The notes below the pieces were generated by a model, which had not been told where the DNA came from, did not search any database, and was given only the letters and a program-made list of their open reading frames with translations. From the NCBI GenBank assembly GCA_046861385.1, contig JBHHTW010000007.1:1-64000 (forward strand): DNA of 64,000 bases. Direction: 5' to 3'. The DNA is from Fidelibacterota bacterium (GTDB taxonomy: Bacteria > Fidelibacterota > Marinisomatia > Marinisomatales > TCS55). Shown one piece after another: positions 30,166 through 39,475 of the stretch. Numbering within the stretch: position 1 is the first letter of the stretch; each line of letters starts with the position of its first letter. Made by a program: the position numbers and the translations under genes.

Positions 30166-31362
30166 TTAAAAATAGGCTCTAAGTCGCAAGCGCAGACCGG
30201 CGCTTTGATAGCCGAATTCGTCACGATTTTCACCGATAAAAATTGATCCCACAAAACTTAATTCCACATCTTCAAAAATATTGTAATCCAATTGGGGATT
30301 GATAGCCAAGCTGCCATCATCAAGGTTTCCAATTCCGAACAGGGAGCCTGACAACAAGTCGCCCAATGGATACATTGCCATCAGGAAAAAATAATTTTGA
30401 TTTAAGCTTTTTCGCTGCCCCGCCAAATAGATAAAATAATCGTCGAATTTGGTTTCGTTAACCTTTACACCAAAATCATTATGGTAAAATTCCCCCAGCA
30501 GGTAGAGCGAATTCTCAAAAGTATAGTCTCCACCGATAATGAATTCATATTTCAGGCTGTCGCTGTTATCATCCATTCGGTTAACGCCTAATTCAGCCCT
30601 GGCGCCTAACCCAAATAATTCGCCTTCCAGGTTAATCCCGCCCAGCTCCCGGCTCCAGTTTCTGACGAATAATAAACCCGTTTCAGAATAATCGGATTTT
30701 CCATACAGCAGAGATAAATCAAACTGCCCCAGGCCGGTTTTAATCTGATAGTACTGTGTAGAATTGTTCCAGGAATCGATTGGTTGAATTATTCCCGTGA
30801 AGGTTATCAACCCGAACGGCACATCGATCCGAGTGGCTGGAACCCCCACTTGTTCATAGGTTGGATCCATGACATCCTTGGTATTGAACAGGTCGGTTGG
30901 GTTCCAGGCATAGCCCACGCCCGATGGAATTTGCTGGCGTCCAAGGGTCAGGTCGAAGCGGTCGTGATGAAACTCTAGAAAAGCATTATCCAGAAACAGA
31001 GTGTCTGGCAATGAATAGGAAAGATCATCCACAATAAATGTCAATGGTTGACCCGATATAGTATCCTTGACCACTTCTCCGTATTCGTTGATAACAGGCA
31101 AAATAGGCCAGTAGGATTGATCGATAAATTCCATGAAATTAAAAGTTGAATTGCCATCATAGTATTTTGACACCAGGTTGGCGCTGATGCGAATCCGATC
31201 GGTAGGGGCACTGTCCAAATCCAAGCGGAATTTGTGGTAGCCGAAATAAAATTGGTTGTCCGGCAGACTAAAATAGTCTGCTTCTGCTTCGTAGTAGCCG
31301 TACCAGTCCGCCTGAGCAAACAATATTTTAATAAGTATGGTTGTTGTAATTAATATTCGCAT
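30166..31362 (-). CDS. Outer-membrane beta-barrel protein (hypothetical)
   Basis: Signal peptide, GRQQI..G.G..WNPTD motif, alternating beta pattern, terminal YF. Confidence 0.75.
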   Translation of the reverse strand: MRILITTTILIKILFAQADWYGYYEAEADYFSLPDNQFYFGYHKFRLDLDSAPTDRIRISANLVSKYYDGNSTFNFMEFIDQSYWPILPVINEYGEVVKDTISGQPLTFIVDDLSYSLPDTLFLDNAFLEFHHDRFDLTLGRQQIPSGVGYAWNPTDLFNTKDVMDPTYEQVGVPATRIDVPFGLITFTGIIQPIDSWNNSTQYYQIKTGLGQFDLSLLYGKSDYSETGLLFVRNWSRELGGINLEGELFGLGARAELGVNRMDDNSDSLKYEFIIGGDYTFENSLYLLGEFYHNDFGVKVNETKFDDYFIYLAGQRKSLNQNYFFLMAMYPLGDLLSGSLFGIGNLDDGSLAINPQLDYNIFEDVELSFVGSIFIGENRDEFGYQSAGLRLRLRAYF

Positions 31363-31409
31363 TTTTTCTGCATTCTTGTTTTATCAAATATGGTTAAATA
31401 TCCCTGGTA

Positions 31410-32153
31410 TCATTTCTTCAAATTCCGTTCGCTGAAAAAATTCTTCTCAAAGGTGATGTCGTAGGTCACTTCCACATACTCCATCAATGTCTGGGTTTTT
31501 TCCAGATGGTTTTTCATAATCATTTTAAATGGTGTCAAGATGCCTTCGATATTACGGATATCCTCCATCAGCAACGATTTGGCAAAAATTCCGTTTTTAT
31601 CATAATAATCGATGCGCACCGGAAATAAATCACCCGTACGGGACCAGATGACCATTTTCGAATAGGACAAGTCCTCGGTTTTAGGTGTCATCTCCAGCAG
31701 CCAACACTTTTCACCTTCTATCTTTTCAGAACCTGTTATTTTTGGAATGTAGTCAGCGCTCCAACTATCTCCAGAACCCATATCTTCATAAGTAAAATCA
31801 GAACCTTCGAATTTCTGTTTTTTGGCGTGGGAGGCCAGTTTCCGTACGCGGTTAGTTCGTTTATTGTACATCCAGATGTTATCAGAAAAATCTGTCATCA
31901 GCATGGCATTACCCTTCACCCTGCCTGGAGCCCGGTAGCGAATCAACTGGTTTTCGCCTTTATTGCCAGCGAAGGTTTCGTACTCAAAAGTGCGCAGTTG
32001 ACCCGAGGTAGTCTCAATTGTCTGTTTCATAATTCCCCGGGCATTAACTGGATTCATCAGATCAATAATCTTGTCCAGCACGGAATTACCACTGGGCGGT
32101 TGGGCCGCAAGGCCCGCGATTAGACTAAGAAGAATAAGTACAACCTTTTTCAT
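31410..32153 (-). CDS. Outer membrane lipoprotein-sorting (LolA-like) protein
   Basis: IWMY....RVRKL.....QKFEGSDFTYEDM motif; FSERNLK C-terminus. Confidence 0.85.
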   Translation of the reverse strand: MKKVVLILLSLIAGLAAQPPSGNSVLDKIIDLMNPVNARGIMKQTIETTSGQLRTFEYETFAGNKGENQLIRYRAPGRVKGNAMLMTDFSDNIWMYNKRTNRVRKLASHAKKQKFEGSDFTYEDMGSGDSWSADYIPKITGSEKIEGEKCWLLEMTPKTEDLSYSKMVIWSRTGDLFPVRIDYYDKNGIFAKSLLMEDIRNIEGILTPFKMIMKNHLEKTQTLMEYVEVTYDITFEKNFFSERNLKK

Positions 32154-32731
32154 TTTTCAATTCCTTTCATAAATGAGCGAATTGCTTCATCTTTAATTTT
32201 TTTAAAATCCATGCGATCTCTAATCATCAGGTATTGCCAGACCAATCCATCGATAAAACCCATCAGCAGGGTGGCTACGCCAACATAATTCATAGTGCGG
32301 AATTCATCTTTGGCAACACCGTCCTGTAAAATGGCAATAATTATCGCACGATATTCGTCGTACATATCCGCTAGGGCGGAAGTACCCGTTTTATGCCAGA
32401 GTCCCCGGGCTGCTTGAGCCATTATTTCCGAGACGATTAACAGGGTGTCTCCCATGTGGACGATCATTTCAATGCTTTCATCCATTAAGTTTAATATTTT
32501 TTCTGACGGACTGTTGGTCGCTGATGTTAACTCCCGCAAGGGTTCGATCATTCCCGATATAAAGAATTCTTCAATAGCTTCAAACAGTTCATCTTTACTG
32601 CGGAAATATTCATAAATAGTGCCTTTACCGATTCCGGCTTCTTCTGCAATATCTGCAATTTTACCCCGCTCCAGGCCTGTACGAGCAAAAACAGTAATTG
32701 CAGCATGGATGATTAATTCTTTTTTTGTCAT
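32150..32731 (-). CDS. TetR/AcrR family regulator
   Basis: HTH IADIAEEAGIGKGTIYEYFRSKDELF. Confidence 0.93.
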   Translation of the reverse strand: MTKKELIIHAAITVFARTGLERGKIADIAEEAGIGKGTIYEYFRSKDELFEAIEEFFISGMIEPLRELTSATNSPSEKILNLMDESIEMIVHMGDTLLIVSEIMAQAARGLWHKTGTSALADMYDEYRAIIIAILQDGVAKDEFRTMNYVGVATLLMGFIDGLVWQYLMIRDRMDFKKIKDEAIRSFMKGIEK

Positions 32732-32750
32732 ATTAAAATTTCTTTGTATT

Positions 32751-32766
32751 GACTGACTGGTCGGTC
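32751..32766. promoter_or_regulatory. Putative TetR operator
   Basis: Imperfect palindrome GACTGAC-TG-GTCGGTC, 20 bp upstream of the tetR start. Confidence 0.6.
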
Positions 32767-32799
32767 GGAGTTTAAGAAAAAATATTATTTTTTAATATA

Positions 32800-33570
32800 T
32801 TAATTCTTACTCCATATAAAATCGATCAGGGGCAATATGTGTATTCGAGTCGTTTTATCTTTCGGATAGCCGTCCGGGTACTCGCCAAAGATAAATTTAT
32901 ATCCCAACGATAAATGAAACCTGGCGCTTTTCTCCCAGGTAATCATGCTTTTATGTTCCAACGCCAGTGAGCCCTTCATGCCCGGGATTAAAAACAAGTC
33001 GCCATCAACCAAATAAGTCCATTTTCTACTCATGCGTCCATTTATATCAACCCCAAACCGCATGAGCCAGCCGTTGTAATAAACAGCGAGACGATGATAA
33101 ATCAATGGTAAATCAATTGTAGAGCCCTCTGTCAAATCCTCTCCGCCAAATGCAACAGCGCCGCCTGCTTTGAATGTTAAAATCCGGTTTTTATCCAACT
33201 GTTTGCTCGCCAATGCCATGTTCCAGAAAGAGACCATCTTTGGAATATCAAATTCCGGCGAAATCATACCGCCGATGCCTTCCTTCGCCAACATTGTTAA
33301 TAATGGTGTCGGGTAATACAATGAATGGGTCGTTGAAAGCGTCCATTGATACCTCTGGCGCCATTGTTGTTTAATCGTTGCTCCGGGCATCAAAATAGCG
33401 GTCAGCTTGTAAAAAGAGATTTCCCGGTCTCCGGACAGTCCGCGGCGAATCGGTTGAAACAACCCATATTCCCATCGCCCCTGCGGGAGCGTATTGGCCG
33501 TTCCCGGCAGCCAGTCCGCCTGAGAGAATATCTGGGTTACCAGAACAATAATGAGAAATAATTTTTTCAT
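32800..33570 (-). CDS. Exported/outer-membrane hypothetical protein
   Basis: Signal peptide, GTANTL motif; start overlaps the EEP gene stop. Confidence 0.75.
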   Translation of the reverse strand: MKKLFLIIVLVTQIFSQADWLPGTANTLPQGRWEYGLFQPIRRGLSGDREISFYKLTAILMPGATIKQQWRQRYQWTLSTTHSLYYPTPLLTMLAKEGIGGMISPEFDIPKMVSFWNMALASKQLDKNRILTFKAGGAVAFGGEDLTEGSTIDLPLIYHRLAVYYNGWLMRFGVDINGRMSRKWTYLVDGDLFLIPGMKGSLALEHKSMITWEKSARFHLSLGYKFIFGEYPDGYPKDKTTRIHILPLIDFIWSKN

Positions 33571-34661
33571 TATTCCAGAACAATCGATACGGTTACAGGA
33601 GCATGATCTGATATTTGCATTACATCTTGATGGGTTATTCCAGAGCCGGGTACAATATTCTGGTTGGAAAAAATATAATCTAATTTACGATTCCATAATC
33701 TGTCCCCGGATGTACTGTGGGTGCTGTGTTCGTCGGTTATAGCGTCTGCAAGTAAAATAGCTGTATTGTACTTATTGTACAATGGTTGGAGAATAACCGG
33801 TTCATTTTCAAAAAAATTAAAATAACTCCCTTCTCTGTGTGGACCTCCGTCAGAATCTGTGTGAAACGATTCGTCTTCACAAGCATCCACCAGGCAGAAA
33901 TCATATTCTGATCCCGGAGGAATTGAATTCAAATCACCGCCGCCTATAAAATGATAACCATCGGAATTAATTTTATCCAGTATTTCTTTAAATTTATCAA
34001 TATGCTTTTGTTTTGTATCATCAGTGGCAAAGGCAGTGGCATGAACATTGACAGCATAAAAATTATTTTGACCGGGAACTTCGACGATTGTTTTCAGTGC
34101 ATTTCTCCGAAGGTAAAACATTTTTGTAAGGGCATCTTGATCTGTCCGCAAAGGCAGTTTAATGCGTTCTGATGAATTGAATGGCCATTTGCTCATGACC
34201 ACATTCCCAACATCCATACGGCCAATGCCATCACTGGGGATGGTTTGGGCTTTCCACATAGAAGCATAGGTGGCATAATTCATATCTGTATGATCCAATA
34301 TCCATTGCACCTGATCAATATAGGCTGTTCGTTTGGACTCCCGGTCTACTTCCTGCATTAAAATAATATCCGGATTGACATCCTCGATTTTGGCTGCGAT
34401 ACGCTCAAGGGCATCCAAGACTTCTTTTTCGGTCATAACGGTTCTATCTCCGCAGGTATCGCCAAAAAAAGGCAGCCGCCCAATACCAAAACGAATATTC
34501 CAAGTCATCACTTTTATTGAACCTCCGGGGTCAGGTGCGGATTCAATCTTCTTGGCTTCATACTGGACGGCGTCTTCAATATCATTAAAGGTCGTGACCA
34601 GGGGTTCACAACTAACCAGAAAGAAAATCAATATTATAATAGTGTATTTTACTGACGACAT
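33570..34661 (-). CDS. Endonuclease/exonuclease/phosphatase family lipoprotein
   Basis: MTWNI, DIILMQEVD, GGDLN, LDYIF, SDHAPV; lipobox LVSC. Confidence 0.9.
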   Translation of the reverse strand: MSSVKYTIIILIFFLVSCEPLVTTFNDIEDAVQYEAKKIESAPDPGGSIKVMTWNIRFGIGRLPFFGDTCGDRTVMTEKEVLDALERIAAKIEDVNPDIILMQEVDRESKRTAYIDQVQWILDHTDMNYATYASMWKAQTIPSDGIGRMDVGNVVMSKWPFNSSERIKLPLRTDQDALTKMFYLRRNALKTIVEVPGQNNFYAVNVHATAFATDDTKQKHIDKFKEILDKINSDGYHFIGGGDLNSIPPGSEYDFCLVDACEDESFHTDSDGGPHREGSYFNFFENEPVILQPLYNKYNTAILLADAITDEHSTHSTSGDRLWNRKLDYIFSNQNIVPGSGITHQDVMQISDHAPVTVSIVLE

Positions 34662-34674
34662 CTCAGGAAATATA

Positions 34675-35646
34675 TCACTGTTCCATTACACGAATCAGTA
34701 TTTCATTGTCCCCAGGAAACAACCCGGATTTAACCAGTCTTGGAACCAATTTTTTCAACCGGGGTTCGATTAAAAATACACTTTTAAATATGGTCATAGC
34801 CTCGTCTTCCCGCCCGGCGCCTACAAGAGTTACTGCTGTCCAGAATGGCAATTCCGGATTTTCAGGATAAAATTCAGCCGCCCGATTATATTCAATTAAT
34901 GCCAATTCTAACTTTTCATTCTCCATATAAAGATCGCCTGCATTGGCGTGCTCATAAGCCCTGTGGATACGAATCAATCTGCGCAATTCTTTGATCGGTT
35001 CGGAATGGTCCTCAATTCGCAAATCTAACACTGTATCTTTCCAGGGGATCCCGGTCGGTTTGCCGCTAACTATTAAAATGGCTGCAGATTGTTTTCCCCT
35101 AATGTCTCCTCCTTCTTTTTGAGCTGCTTCTAAGGCGGCTAGCATTCGATCGGCCAAATCACCACCGGTGTTTTCAAATGCCCTTGCCATAGCAGCCGGC
35201 ACAGTATTATTTTCCATTAAGTTTGCCTGGACTGTATAATTTTTCCCCGCGATATGACCGGCATAGTCAATGCAACTACTTCCCGTATGGGCGGCAGAGT
35301 TCCCGCGAATATCAACCATTCCCACTTGTCGGACAGATTTTCCTTCATCTTTAGCCAATAATTCCGCCAAGGCTTCTTCCGCTGTTTTTCCTTCTCTCAT
35401 AAGTTTGAGCCCTTCGGGACCATATTCTATTTTCACAAATGATTGGGTCGCCACAGCGCCGACACCCGCTTCTGCCCATGGAACCAAGGAGCCTACAGAA
35501 AACCAATGGCTTTGAACAGCAACGCCCAGTTCCCCGGTTTCTTCATCAAAGGCGACAATAGAATAGGTGTTTACCGGACGGATTCCATGTCCAAATATGA
35601 TATTCGCTAATATTAACCATGTAAAAAATATTTTTTGTTTAATCAT
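34675..35646 (-). CDS. DUF1028 (Ntn-hydrolase-like) protein with C-terminal TPR
   Basis: TYSIVAFD..TGELGVAVQS, GGDIRGKQSAA, DLRIEDH..PI.EL.RL. Confidence 0.88.
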   Translation of the reverse strand: MIKQKIFFTWLILANIIFGHGIRPVNTYSIVAFDEETGELGVAVQSHWFSVGSLVPWAEAGVGAVATQSFVKIEYGPEGLKLMREGKTAEEALAELLAKDEGKSVRQVGMVDIRGNSAAHTGSSCIDYAGHIAGKNYTVQANLMENNTVPAAMARAFENTGGDLADRMLAALEAAQKEGGDIRGKQSAAILIVSGKPTGIPWKDTVLDLRIEDHSEPIKELRRLIRIHRAYEHANAGDLYMENEKLELALIEYNRAAEFYPENPELPFWTAVTLVGAGREDEAMTIFKSVFLIEPRLKKLVPRLVKSGLFPGDNEILIRVMEQ

Positions 35647-35831
35647 GTTGTTTCCTCTACAAATATTTGGGAAATGTACTCCGGCAATTATATTTTATCA
35701 ACCTCAAGTTCTGTCGGCATTATTTTACGTTTACAACAAATAACTTATTAATTCCATAGAATCCATTCCTCGGCGAACAATGGTCGTGGATGCTTAAAAA
35801 GGAGCTCTATGTAGTGGAGAATCGTATTTAT

Positions 35832-36317
35832 TTAAATTTCTTCAAACACGCCTGTCTTTTTATTCTTTTGGACTTTATCATAATTAAAACATTTTCCATT
35901 CATGGCAATATATACACCGCGGGGTAGGCTTTGGACAAAAGCAATGGCTGCTCCCAAGTTAAACAGACCGTCCGAGCTACCAAATTTAAAGGGAATCATT
36001 GCCCCTGTGAGAACAATGGTTTTTCCCAGATGCCTATCTGCCAGTAATTTTGCCGTTGTGGTCATGGTGTCGGTTCCGTGGGTAATAATAATTTGATCTT
36101 CTTCAACGCTTTTGCAATTGTCTACAATCAGTTTTCGATCTGAATCGGTCATATCAAGACTGTCTATCATCATTAGTTTGTGGATGTTCACATCTATTTG
36201 CGCTCTCCCAAGTTTGAGGATTTCTCGCATATGTGTGTCTTGGAAATAAAGCTTTCCATTTATTTCATCGTACTCTTTATCAAAAGTACCTCCCGTAATA
36301 AAGATTTGTATTGCCAT
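35832..36317 (-). CDS. Asparaginase N-terminal domain protein (short asparaginase)
   Basis: TGGTFDK and THGTDTM catalytic motifs; LTGAM.P. Confidence 0.88.
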   Translation of the reverse strand: MAIQIFITGGTFDKEYDEINGKLYFQDTHMREILKLGRAQIDVNIHKLMMIDSLDMTDSDRKLIVDNCKSVEEDQIIITHGTDTMTTTAKLLADRHLGKTIVLTGAMIPFKFGSSDGLFNLGAAIAFVQSLPRGVYIAMNGKCFNYDKVQKNKKTGVFEEI

Positions 36318-36369
36318 AATTTTCCCAATATATGCTTGTTAGACTCACGCGACGGTTATATCAGAATTA

Positions 36370-36433
36370 AAGTAATCCCCTTCAATAAGAATAATCAAAG
36401 AGATCCATTCCCTTGTTTAACCAAGATCGCGAT
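36370..36433. repeat. Degenerate copy 2 of the dispersed palindromic element
   Basis: 29/35 identity to 3857-3891, plus AGATCGCGAT at the same +54 offset. Confidence 0.7.
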
Positions 36434-36437
36434 AATA

Positions 36438-36788
36438 TTATAATAGTGTTAATACATTTTCAGGTGGTCGACCCAATATTGCTTTATCCTCTTTGACGAC
36501 AATCGGTCTTTCAATAATTTTCGGAAATTTTGACATCGCTAATAGCAGAGCATCATCGTCGACCAGCAGTGTCTTTAGGCCGTTTTCCTTAAAGTCCGCC
36601 TCTTTTTTTCGCACAAAATCAGTGGGGCCGATTCCCATTTTTTCCGATAGAGTTTTTAAATCTGCCACAGATGGAACATCTTTTAAATATTCAATTATGG
36701 TTGGTTCGATACCGTTGTCACGCAACAGTTGCAGTGTTTTCCTGCTTTTACCTCATCTGGGGTTATGATAAATCGTAAAACCGCTCAT
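36438..36788 (-). CDS. arsC: Arsenate reductase (glutaredoxin-type ArsC family), probable selenoprotein (UGA at codon 12)
   Basis: ATG 36788 with upstream AAAGGA; MSGFTIYHNPR-UGA-GKSRKTLQLL is in frame with the 36438-36725 ORF (IERPIVV, GRPPE). Confidence 0.85.
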
Positions 36789-36885
36789 TTTTCATCAATC
36801 CTTTCTCATTGTTGGTTCAGCGCAATGCCTAATTTACAAATTCCATACAGGTATCATTAATCTACCTGAAAAATGATAATTCAGA

Positions 36886-37539
36886 TTAAATTGTTTCACA
36901 AATATCACTGAACGGCTTTTTACTGATCACGGGAACTTCTGCGTCTTTTGCCGGGTAGCCAACGGGGATTAATAAATAGGCCCGTTCGTTTTCCGGGCGT
37001 TTTAATATTTTCTGCAGAAATTTCATCGGGCTTGGCGTATGGGTTAAGGAAACCAATCCTGCGTTGTGAATCGCCGCTAATAAAACCCCAACTGCGATAC
37101 CAACGGATTCATTCACATAATAATTTTTCCGGGGTTCCTCGCGGTGCGTATCTACTACTTCTTTAAAGACAACTATTAAACATGGTGCATTTTCCAGGAA
37201 TGGTTTCTGCCAGTCCGTGCCGAATTGGTTTAAGTCTTCCAGCCATTCTTTTGTTGCTCGATGGCCATAGAATTCTTTTTCTTCCTTTTCAGCCGCAATA
37301 CGAATTTGTTTTTTAATCTTCGGGCTTTTCACAACAACAAATTTCCAAGGCTGCTTATTCGCGCCAGAGGGCGCTGTTGCGGCTGTTTCAATAATCTTTT
37401 TTATGATGTCTTTTGGGACCGGTCTCTTGGAAAAATCTCGTACCGTCCTCCGAGATTTCATCATCTCCAAAAAATAATTGGACCGGCTTATCATTTCACT
37501 TTCAGATAATTCATTAAAATCTAATTTCGTGAATGTCAT
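36886..37539 (-). CDS. Nitroreductase superfamily protein, iodotyrosine deiodinase-like
   Basis: RRTVRDFS, APSGANKQPW, EEKEFY, KPFLE, ESVGIA, LTHTPSPM; start at ATG 37539 (or TTG 37566). Confidence 0.85.
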   Translation of the reverse strand: MTFTKLDFNELSESEMISRSNYFLEMMKSRRTVRDFSKRPVPKDIIKKIIETAATAPSGANKQPWKFVVVKSPKIKKQIRIAAEKEEKEFYGHRATKEWLEDLNQFGTDWQKPFLENAPCLIVVFKEVVDTHREEPRKNYYVNESVGIAVGVLLAAIHNAGLVSLTHTPSPMKFLQKILKRPENERAYLLIPVGYPAKDAEVPVISKKPFSDICETI

Positions 37540-37799
37540 AGCTTTACTTTCATGGTTAGTTTTCAAGAAGGAAATTACTATTACTTAATGACCTTTATCT
37601 ATTTGCATAAGAATAACTATGATTGAATTTATAGCAATAATACATCCTCGTAAATGTATAAAACACCCGTCACACCAGTCCTGTTATTTGTAACCAGGAT
37701 AAACATCAACGGGTTGTTCCAGATCTTCAAAAAATTTGCCGTACCTGTTTTTCCAGGCTAATTCTCTTTTTGGAGTTCATTTAAAGGCCTTAGGATATT

Positions 37800-39389
37800 T
37801 CATTCCTTATATCCGTCTAATTCCCTAGCAGAAGGATCAATGACATCTGTCCACTTTGGCATCCAGAAATGGGGGATAAGGTTATCATGCTTTCCGAAGA
37901 ATTGTTGATATACTTTTCGATAATAATAACTCTCTTTCAATAGTGGTTGGCAGTGATTGATTTTTACTGATTCGCGCTCAAATTCTTCTTCAGTTATTAT
38001 TTTGTCCACATGGTTTTGGATAATAGTATGCCAGGATTTATTGGCATTACTGACGCCATCAGAGAAAGCGCATTTTCTTCTCCAAAGAATATCCTTCGGA
38101 AGCAAATCCATTCCATCAAAAGCCTTTCGTAATAAATGTTTCTCCAGCCGTTTTTTACCATCAAACGTTTTTAGGTCTGGCGGGATGGATAAATAGTATT
38201 TCACGAACGCTTTATCTAAAAATGGTGTCCGTGCTTCCAACCCGTTTGAACTGATGCTGCGGTCGGAACGAAGCACATCAAACAAATACAATTCTTTCAC
38301 CAACCGTTCGCTCTCTGTTTGCAGCTCGGCTGGTGAAGGAGCGTTTTTGAGATACACATAACCACCGCATACTTCATCCGCGCCGTCGCCATTGAACACA
38401 ACTTTGCAATCAGAATTTTCACGGATAAACTTTGATACGAGATAATTACCCACGCTGGCCCGAACGGTGGTAGTGTCAAAAGATTCAATATTATAGATCA
38501 CTGTTTCAATGGCATCCAAAAAATCCTTTTCAGACACCTCAATTTGATGATGGATTGTACCAATATGATCTGCGGTTCTTTGGGCATATTTCAAATCAAT
38601 GCTGCCTGTAATTCCAATGGAAAATGTTTTTAATGTATTGCCGTTACTGTGTTGAGCTACCAATGCCGTGATCAGACTTGAATCCAACCCTCCGGACAAA
38701 AGACAGCCAATTTCCCGTTCTGCCATCATGCGTTTTTCCACAGCTTTTGACAAATATTTCCGAATACCATCACAAATTTCATTTTCACGGCCGGTTGCAA
38801 TTCCATCACCATTGTAATGAAAATAACGATGGAAAGAATCCGGGGTTTTTGAACTCCACCAGGTTCCCGGCGGAAAAGGTTCAATGGTGTCGCATAGGTT
38901 AATCATTGGTTTTGCTTCGGAAGCAATATAATGATCTTCGTCTTTTCTGCCAATGAATCCCGGGCGAACTCCAACGGGGTCACGACCCGCGTAAAAAGAG
39001 TCCGATGTACTATCATGCAAAACAAACATAAAAACGCCATCCAGTTCTTTTACTGTTTTCTCCATGCCAAATTCCTTAAACAAAAACAGGATGATTTCAC
39101 AGTCCGATCCGGTAGTTAGCTGAAACCCGTATTTTTCAGCTAATTGTTTATAATTATAAATCTCTCCGTTGCAGACCAAGGTTAACGAGGGGTCCTGGGG
39201 GTGTTGCATGGGTTGGTCTCCCGTTTCAGAAACACCCATAATCGCCAGGCGGTGAAAGATAAAAATTCCCCTTCCTTCCAATATTTTTACATGGGTGTTT
39301 TCCGGGCCCCGGTATTTGATTTTGCCAGCGTGTTCCGCCAGGCTGTCTGGCGTTTGATTTGATCCCAAGTAACTAAAAATTCCACACAT
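37800..39389 (-). CDS. asnB: Asparagine synthetase (glutamine-hydrolysing)
   Basis: N-terminal MCGI, HRLAI, NGEIYN, LSGGLDSS, PFLD motifs. Confidence 0.95.
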   Translation of the reverse strand: MCGIFSYLGSNQTPDSLAEHAGKIKYRGPENTHVKILEGRGIFIFHRLAIMGVSETGDQPMQHPQDPSLTLVCNGEIYNYKQLAEKYGFQLTTGSDCEIILFLFKEFGMEKTVKELDGVFMFVLHDSTSDSFYAGRDPVGVRPGFIGRKDEDHYIASEAKPMINLCDTIEPFPPGTWWSSKTPDSFHRYFHYNGDGIATGRENEICDGIRKYLSKAVEKRMMAEREIGCLLSGGLDSSLITALVAQHSNGNTLKTFSIGITGSIDLKYAQRTADHIGTIHHQIEVSEKDFLDAIETVIYNIESFDTTTVRASVGNYLVSKFIRENSDCKVVFNGDGADEVCGGYVYLKNAPSPAELQTESERLVKELYLFDVLRSDRSISSNGLEARTPFLDKAFVKYYLSIPPDLKTFDGKKRLEKHLLRKAFDGMDLLPKDILWRRKCAFSDGVSNANKSWHTIIQNHVDKIITEEEFERESVKINHCQPLLKESYYYRKVYQQFFGKHDNLIPHFWMPKWTDVIDPSARELDGYKE

Positions 39390-39417
39390 ATTTTTTATTT
39401 CCTTTAATTTTCTGTAT

Positions 39418-39453
39418 AAAAAAACCCTCGCTACTTTCGTTTGCGAGGGTTTT
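39418..39453 (-). terminator. Attenuator terminator upstream of asnB
   Basis: Minus strand AAAACCCUCGC-11 nt-GCGAGGG-U7, ending 28 nt before the asnB ATG. Confidence 0.85.
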
Positions 39454-39475
39454 GTTTAAAACCAGTGTTTAGTGC

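Noticed and set aside
36753-36755. Genome-wide UGA recoding (genetic code 4 or 25) as the explanation for the arsC UGA
   Set aside because: Several genes end in TGA with the next gene starting at once (e.g. 6153, 8739, 56982), and the aligned residue is Cys, not Trp or Gly.
37662-37770. Imperfect stem-loops and a short reading (KRELAWKNRYGKFF) downstream of asnB, faintly GIY-YIG-like
   Set aside because: No start codon or catalytic motif; similarity too weak.
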